Source of the DNA: an uncultured bacterium
Lineage (GTDB): Bacteria; CAYUVA01
Assembly: GCA_964448115.1 (NCBI GenBank)
Contig: CAYUVA010000034.1
Location: 1-53,284, forward strand
Direction: 5' to 3'
Length of the DNA stretch: 53,284 bases
Position numbers and translations under genes: made by a program. The notes beneath the pieces are model-generated. The model saw nothing but the letters and a program-made list of their open reading frames with translations, ran no database searches and was not told where the DNA came from. This document shows positions 48,101 through 53,284 of the stretch, one piece after another; position 1 is the stretch's first letter, and each line of letters opens with the position of its first letter.

Positions 48101-48603
48101 ATATGTCTCAACCCGCTGAGGATAATATCGCGGATATAGTCTCTTCCATAGGCTATGATCAGGTTGACCAGCTTCTCATCCTTTACCTCATAGACTCCCT
48201 TTAACCAGTCCAGGTAACAGCGACTGACAAAAAGTCGTTGCTGGTCTTGATCGAGCAGGATGAATTCGGGATCGATTCCAAGGCTTATAGCATTCTCCCT
48301 GAGAACACGATTGCAAAAGGAGTGTATAGTCGAGATGTCAGCCAGTTCCAGCTCCTGGCGCAGCGATCTATCGGTCAGATCCATGAACCTATTGCTCAGC
48401 TTCCTTTTCATATTGAAGGCAGCCTTATGGGTGTAGGTTAGCGCAAGGATATTGGTCGGTCTGACCCTTCGCGATTCGACCAGGTTGACGTATCTTTCGA
48501 CCAATACCGTTGTCTTGCCGGTGCCAGCCCCGGCTCTTACGCACACATCGGCATCGAGCTTGTTGATCGCCTCTTTTTGTCCCTCATTAAACTGTATTGT
48601 CAT
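45133..48603 (-). CDS. AddA-like UvrD/REP helicase with C-terminal PD-(D/E)XK nuclease
   Basis: AGAGTGKT, STIHSFC, DEFQD, VGDVKQSIY, ENFRS, TIHKAKGLEF, LLYVAMTRAK, RGDID...DYKS. Start could be GTG at 48633. Confidence 0.92.
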   Translation of the reverse strand: MTIQFNEGQKEAINKLDADVCVRAGAGTGKTTVLVERYVNLVESRRVRPTNILALTYTHKAAFNMKRKLSNRFMDLTDRSLRQELELADISTIHSFCNRVLRENAISLGIDPEFILLDQDQQRLFVSRCYLDWLKGVYEVKDEKLVNLIIAYGRDYIRDIILSGLRHIRGYGYSFPQQPDIELSMHKTKAIEEFNHAFDQYSLAVSKRSKTSDNQLHQLNQISRIAEYINGIVQKKPADMEMLRTLDQLKEPTPKKKTYRKNTGKDLKEYIGDLEKAHNGLSQVLAEELFIPIKQKLQHAILDFNEFYRKALRDQGRMDYDELLILLRDSLKNNDYLRGKLQDRYRYIMVDEFQDTNYLQREIFDLIRSPDNFFAVGDVKQSIYEFTNADVRVFLELQSEMENAGKKPISLVENFRSTSSIIGFVNCFSDRLFEGTDIRYEALRLPSDQAIMDEPSVLVLLSRCDEGEGINDARELEARCIAELIKSMKNGDCALLGDNKYALDYKDFALLFRATTSIGLYEDALREADIPYFVISGGEFYNRQEVIDIINLLSFLENRRDDLALMAVLKSRLVSLDDSAIFWLADAAGKHDDGNKPLYKGIKSLLKSSRLDNEQRSRLEHFDSFVEQISCQITNQSVWRLIEHIIEQFDYASRVRASEWTIRGYSNLIKLIESAIRFENAGYSKLEDFTRYIKELRAGEIRAEEAQTAAEGEAVCLYTIHKAKGLEFPVAIIPDIFRKVDHQASKWTSRITYTRDFGLTMKLIDDIIEDRSYEPQTHIQAKEEAKQRTLQEEKRLLYVAMTRAKKYLVLSGAHKKELAKEARNDTSHGAWLFNFLDLPGTTPCVQTYRDENDYTSKVIIASFDNLLAGSEIPQGVELAAKEKYIQPDKELSIGQTPVNRVLTISGHGKNTYRRLHLSITDILDYRYCPYLYKLKQDHGLSNDPFSVSSIGESLGARTDFGSAMHNLLEREDWHLWQTDSQLPQEIVSGYLMDPKESDQALELLKALISSPFIERVRAATIVQKELPLSVLFDPATIRGDIDMVTIDAGGFVSLYDYKSDRISKSKIRRRSQRYRNQLLLYAVLYKKVFGITPEEVGIYYLYTASLDAMTLDDSMIASAEDWLNEVISGISLGAFEPEKNRDCRECWLKKVCYHAL

Positions 48604-48698
48604 AATTGAATCAGTTCTTAATAGCCTTGGCACGAAGTCTTCACAAGATTAAAACCAACCTTAATTGAAGATACAAGAAATTAAAATAAAACTAGCAA

Positions 48699-50306
48699 TC
48701 ACATCCTGAACACGCCGTACTTCTGGTCTGGAATCGGTGTGTTTAGCGCCATGCTTATCCCCAGTGCCAGTATAGTCCTTGTGTCCAAGGGATCAATGAT
48801 GCCATCATCCCAGATCCGCGCCGAGCTATAATAGGGACTTCCCTCGTGTTCGTATTTTTTATAGATAGGCTCCCTAATCGCAGCCTCCTCTTGGGCGCAA
48901 AGCTGTTTTCCCTGCGCTTCGAGCTGATCCTTCTTGACTCTGACCAGCACATCAGCAGCCTGCTCCTTGCCCATGACGCTGATGCGTGCATTGGGCCACA
49001 TCCAGAGCAGCCGGGGGAAGTATCCCCGCCCGCACATTGCATAGTTCCCCGCACCGTAGCTTCCCCCTACGATGACGGTGAACTTCGGTACCTGAGCATT
49101 AGCCACCGCATGAACCATCTTGGCGCCATCGCGGGCTATCCCACCATGCTCGTATTCCCTGCCTACTATGAAGCCGGTTATATTCTGCAGGAATACCAAA
49201 GGGATCTTGCGTACAGTGCAAAGCTCGATGAAGTGCGCGCCCTTGAGAGAGCTTTCGCTGAATAAAACACCGTTGTTGCCCAGGATGCCGACCGGATAGC
49301 CCATTATGCGTGCGAAACCTGTAACCAATGTCTGACCGTAGAGCGGCTTGAACTCATGGAACTCGCTACCATCGACCAGGCGAGCGATTATCTCCCTTAT
49401 ATCATAAGGCTTCCTGAGATCAGTGGGGATGATGCCGTAGATCTCCTCGGGATCATAAAAGGGATCCTGGACTTCAGCCATATCCAGCTCAAATTTCTTT
49501 GGTCGGTTCAGGTTCTGGATGATATTGCGGGTGATCTGAATGGCGTGCTCATCGTTGAGGGCATAATGGTCGGAGACGCCGGAGATGCGGCAGTGGACAT
49601 CGGCGCCACCAAGCTCCTCCGGGGTCACATCCTCGCCGGTGGCAGCCTTTACCAAGGGCGGCCCGCCGATGAAAATGGTGCCCTGCTCCTTCACTATGAC
49701 CGTCTCGTCGCTCATGGCGGGAACATAAGCCCCTCCAGCGGTGCAGGATCCCATCACAACAGCGATCTGCGGGATATTGCGTGCCGATAGCTGTGCCTGA
49801 TTATAGAAGATGCGTCCGAAGTGATCCTTGTCCGGAAAGGTGCCCGCCTGCTCAGGTAAAAAGATACCCCCAGAATCGACCAGATATACGCAGGGAAGGT
49901 TATTCTCCAGCGCTATCTGCTGAGCGCGGACATGTTTCTTGATGGTCATCGGGAAGTAGGTTCCGCCCTTGACCGTGGCATCATTGGCTACCACCAGAAC
50001 CTCCTTGCCGTGCACCACTCCAACTCCGGTCACGATACCAGCACCAGGTGCCTGGTTATCGTACATGCCATAAGCAGCTAGGGTTGAGAACTCCATAAAT
50101 GGAGTGTTGCGATCGAAAAGCCTCTCCAGCCTTTCCCGAACCAGCAGCTTCCCGCGCTCCTTGTGGCGCTGGCGGTGTTTTTCCGGACCGCCTAGTTTAG
50201 CCTCTTGCAGCCTTTGTTTCAGCTCCTGACGCAGATTCAGGTGGTGTCGGCGGTTCTCCTTGAATTCCCTTGAGTTGGTGTCTATCTTGCTTTCTATTCT
50301 GAACAT
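48699..50306 (-). CDS. Methylcrotonyl-CoA carboxylase beta-like carboxyltransferase
   Basis: [66 protein letters not shown]. Confidence 0.93.
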   Translation of the reverse strand: MFRIESKIDTNSREFKENRRHHLNLRQELKQRLQEAKLGGPEKHRQRHKERGKLLVRERLERLFDRNTPFMEFSTLAAYGMYDNQAPGAGIVTGVGVVHGKEVLVVANDATVKGGTYFPMTIKKHVRAQQIALENNLPCVYLVDSGGIFLPEQAGTFPDKDHFGRIFYNQAQLSARNIPQIAVVMGSCTAGGAYVPAMSDETVIVKEQGTIFIGGPPLVKAATGEDVTPEELGGADVHCRISGVSDHYALNDEHAIQITRNIIQNLNRPKKFELDMAEVQDPFYDPEEIYGIIPTDLRKPYDIREIIARLVDGSEFHEFKPLYGQTLVTGFARIMGYPVGILGNNGVLFSESSLKGAHFIELCTVRKIPLVFLQNITGFIVGREYEHGGIARDGAKMVHAVANAQVPKFTVIVGGSYGAGNYAMCGRGYFPRLLWMWPNARISVMGKEQAADVLVRVKKDQLEAQGKQLCAQEEAAIREPIYKKYEHEGSPYYSSARIWDDGIIDPLDTRTILALGISMALNTPIPDQKYGVFRM

Positions 50307-50357
50307 AAACGCATCTCCTTGAAAGGCTTTAGGCTTTATTTAAGAATGAAGGAGGAT

Positions 50358-50440
50358 CACGCAAAGGCGCAAAGGCGCAAAGTGAAAGAATCTTAAAAGG
50401 TAACACGGTATCACCCCTTCTTCGTGTCTTTGTGGTTAAA
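50358..50440. repeat. Octamer repeats: (CGCAAAGG)x3 plus an inverted TTTAACCACAAAGACAC...GTGATACCGTG copy
   Basis: 50360-50382 on the plus strand; 50401-50440 is the reverse complement of TTTAACCACAAAGACACGAAGAAGGGGTGATACCGTGTTA. Confidence 0.8.
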
Positions 50441-50453
50441 GAACTAACAAGCC

Positions 50454-50849
50454 TCAAGCCTGCAGTACAGCCTTGTAGCCATAGACGATGACTCCTGCCT
50501 CTCCTTCCTGCTGTACGGCGCGGAATTCGAGCTTGACCGGTTTGCCAATATCGAGATCCTCCGGCGCACAATCGGTAACCTGGCAGGTTAACCTCACCCC
50601 ATTATCAAGCTTGATAATCGCAATGGCATAAGGCGCCTGGTCAACGAACTGGCTCGGCGGCACGCGGATGATCGTGTATGTCTCGATGGCTCCCTGGTCG
50701 GGAAGCGCGATGGTCTCGAACTCCCTTGCTCCGCAGCGGGCGCATATTAGCCGGGGCGGGAAGTGGACCTTGCCGCACTTAATGCACCTGCCAGCCTCGA
50801 GACGGTATCTTTGGGGGAATTCCCTTTTATATTTTGCTGATGTTGACAT
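50454..50849 (-). CDS. DUF35 Zn-ribbon / OB-fold protein
   Basis: CIKCG..HFPPR.IC..CG, G.IETYT, PY.IAII.L, YGYK. Confidence 0.93.
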   Translation of the reverse strand: MSTSAKYKREFPQRYRLEAGRCIKCGKVHFPPRLICARCGAREFETIALPDQGAIETYTIIRVPPSQFVDQAPYAIAIIKLDNGVRLTCQVTDCAPEDLDIGKPVKLEFRAVQQEGEAGVIVYGYKAVLQA

Positions 50850-50851
50850 GG

Positions 50852-52009
50852 TTAGATCACCTCCAGGATGTGGATTATGCTGCTTCCGCCGGAACCGCCC
50901 ATGTTCTGAGCGAGAGCGACGCGTGCATTTGAAACCTGGCGTTCGCCGGACTGTCCGCGCAGTTGCTCGGTCAGTTCCACTATTTGCGCAATGCCGGTTG
51001 CTCCGACCGGGTGTCCCTTGCTCTTCAAGCCACCGCTGGTATTGACCGGGATCTTGCCGCCCAGTTTAGTCAATCCGCTCTCAGCAGCCGTTCCGCCCCG
51101 TCCTTTTTCCACGAAACCGAGCGCCTCGATGACCATGATCTCCGCGATGGTGAAGCAGTCATGCACCTCAGCCACATCGATATCGCCAGGTCCCTTGTTT
51201 GCCATGCTATAAGCCCTTTGGGCAGCGATCTCCACAGCCCTTAACTCATAGAGGTTCTTGCGGTCGGCAAGGGCTATGCTATCGGTTGCGTGTCCGAATC
51301 CGATGACCTTTATTATCGGCTTTTTGGCCAGCTTTTTTGCCAACTCCAGGGGAACTACGATGGCAGCGGCAGCTCCGTCGGTGATCGGCGAACAATCGAG
51401 TATATTCAGCGGATCAGCGACCTTGGTCGAGTTTATCACCTGCTCGACGGTTATCTCGAAGGGATACTGCGCTCTTTTATTCATGGCGCCGTGGTAGTGG
51501 TTCTTGACCGCCACATGTGCCAATTGCTCCCTGGTTGTACCATATTTTAACATGTGCGCTCTTGCCATCAGGGCATAGAGTCCAGGGAATGTGGCGCCGT
51601 GGAAGCCCTCGTACTCGATGTCCGCAGCAGTAGAGAGCGCAAAAGTCGCTCCATCTCCGCCGATATCGGTCATCTTCTCCACGCCGAGCGCCATGACTAT
51701 ATCCGAGGCGCCGCTTGACACTTCGAGCACCGCTGACTTGAAGGCTGCGCCACCGGAGGCACAGGCTGACTCGACCCTGGTGGCTGCTATGTTCTTATTG
51801 CCAATGTAGTCAGCGATGAGCGATCCCAGGTGCTCCTGTCCCACGAACAGCCCGGAGGTCATGCAACCGATATACATGGAGTCGAGCTTATCTACTCCGC
51901 TATCATCTATGGCAGCCAGGGCAGCCTGCACGGCGAGCGTCCTCAGTGAGCTTTCCCACAGCTCACCGAACTTGGTAATTCCGATTCCGATTACTGCAAC
52001 TTCTCTCAT
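50852..52009 (-). CDS. Archaeal-type acetyl-CoA C-acetyltransferase (thiolase)
   Basis: [54 protein letters not shown]. Confidence 0.93.
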   Translation of the reverse strand: MREVAVIGIGITKFGELWESSLRTLAVQAALAAIDDSGVDKLDSMYIGCMTSGLFVGQEHLGSLIADYIGNKNIAATRVESACASGGAAFKSAVLEVSSGASDIVMALGVEKMTDIGGDGATFALSTAADIEYEGFHGATFPGLYALMARAHMLKYGTTREQLAHVAVKNHYHGAMNKRAQYPFEITVEQVINSTKVADPLNILDCSPITDGAAAAIVVPLELAKKLAKKPIIKVIGFGHATDSIALADRKNLYELRAVEIAAQRAYSMANKGPGDIDVAEVHDCFTIAEIMVIEALGFVEKGRGGTAAESGLTKLGGKIPVNTSGGLKSKGHPVGATGIAQIVELTEQLRGQSGERQVSNARVALAQNMGGSGGSSIIHILEVI

Positions 52010-52018
52010 GGCGTCCTC

Positions 52019-53068
52019 CTATTCAGCCTTGCGGATCTTCTTGCGGAACTTGGCATATTCGCCGTACTGTAGATAGATTGGGTTCTTCTCTAGTAACTCT
52101 CTGGTCTTAGGCGCCAGGTCCCTCACCTTATCGATGCGCTCGCTAACCTTGAAGATGAAGCCATCGCTACCGGCACCGGAGCCGAAGGAGACCATAAGGA
52201 TCATGGCGCCAGGCTTTGCTATGTCAAGGGCTGCGGTCAGCCCCATCGGCGATGAGCCTGAGTAGGTGTTTCCCAGCCAGGGGCAGAGCCAGCCAGGCTC
52301 GATCTGCTCCCTGCTAAAGCCGAGCATCTGCCCGACTCGCATGGGAAACTTGCCGTTGGGCTGGTGGAAGATGGCGTAATCGAAGTCCTGTGGCTTCATT
52401 CCCGCCTTTTCCATGATCGCCCTTGCGCAGCCGGTTACATGCTTGAAGTAAGCTGGTTCGCCAGTGAACCTGCCGGCATGTCGCGGGTAGTGCATGTATT
52501 CTCTGCGCCAGAAATCTGGCGTATCCGACATGAACGAGTGGGTGAAGAGCAGCTCGGCGACCAGGTTCTCGCTTCCGAATATGAAGGCTGCTGCGCCCGC
52601 GGATGCTGTATATTCGAGCGCATCACCGGGCGCTCCCTGCGAGGTATCTCCACCGATGGCAAGGGCGAACTTTACCTCGCCTGCCTTTACCTCGCAGGAG
52701 GCGACGAACATCGCCTCGGAGCCAGCCTTGCAGGCGAACTCGTAATCCGCGCAGTGGCAATGCGGGAAGGCTCCGATAGCCTCTCCGACCACGGTTCCGC
52801 TCGGTTTGACTGCATAAGGATGACTCTCCGACCCGACATAAATTGCGCCAATATCAGCAGGGTCGATAATAGCCCTTTTCAGCGCGTTTCTGGCTGCCTC
52901 GACCGACAAGGTTATGGTGTCCTGATCCGGTGAGGGCACTGATTTCTCGAACACGGAAAGTCCTTTCTTATAGGAGGCTGCGTCAGCGCCCCAGACCTTG
53001 GCTATCTCCTCGACCTTTATCCTGTATCGAGGTAGGTGGGCGCCGTAGCCGACAATTCCGACTGTCAT
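52019..53068 (-). CDS. Archaeal-type hydroxymethylglutaryl-CoA synthase
   Basis: [79 protein letters not shown]. Confidence 0.93.
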   Translation of the reverse strand: MTVGIVGYGAHLPRYRIKVEEIAKVWGADAASYKKGLSVFEKSVPSPDQDTITLSVEAARNALKRAIIDPADIGAIYVGSESHPYAVKPSGTVVGEAIGAFPHCHCADYEFACKAGSEAMFVASCEVKAGEVKFALAIGGDTSQGAPGDALEYTASAGAAAFIFGSENLVAELLFTHSFMSDTPDFWRREYMHYPRHAGRFTGEPAYFKHVTGCARAIMEKAGMKPQDFDYAIFHQPNGKFPMRVGQMLGFSREQIEPGWLCPWLGNTYSGSSPMGLTAALDIAKPGAMILMVSFGSGAGSDGFIFKVSERIDKVRDLAPKTRELLEKNPIYLQYGEYAKFRKKIRKAE

Positions 53069-53284
53069 GTTGCGATCTCTCCTTATATTATTCTTGAGAT
53101 TAAACAGTGAACCTAAATATATTGCCTTATTTCAAGTCTGTTTTCAAATTCATTATGCATAGCGGATTGAAACCGATAACAGCTCATTTCATTCATCGAT
53201 TAACTGCTCAAAATAGGCGGAAATAAAGAGTAACTGTTTAGCAACTGGAAGTGATCTTTCATTTTCCGCTTGATAAGGAATTTT

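Noticed and set aside
53164-53173. GGATTGAAAC, resembling a CRISPR repeat 3' end
   Set aside because: Single copy, no repeat-spacer periodicity and no cas genes.

Overview
A gene-dense bacterial chromosome segment, probably from an anaerobic diderm lineage, since it encodes TonB/TolA-like and LpoB proteins, radical SAM enzymes and a 4Fe-4S protein. I found no rRNA, tRNA, CRISPR array, transposase or integrase. Housekeeping and metabolic genes include an RRM RNA-binding protein, a hybrid histidine kinase, guaB, a SulP / cytidylate-kinase-like / response-regulator module interrupted by an MNT-HEPN pair, a family-7 aldehyde dehydrogenase, mutS2-queDEC, lpoB, rel, a tRNA nucleotidyltransferase, an AddA-like helicase-nuclease, an MCC-beta subunit, and an archaeal-type HMG-CoA synthase / thiolase / DUF35 operon. 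The most striking signal is a roughly 95-110 aa domain (AG[YF]...GG.[LI]...A...L.D[DN]G..GDF.P.D.[IV][YF]G...WP[YF][LF]). It occurs four times, at the C-terminus of three otherwise unrelated secreted proteins, two of them behind Pro/Thr linkers, and is a candidate lineage-specific sorting or anchoring domain. Intergenic DNA carries several gene relics (Rrf2, 2-hydroxyacid dehydrogenase, GNAT, orphan Pro/Thr linkers) and several families of short REP-like or octamer repeats. All product calls come from recognising motifs by eye; no database searches were run.
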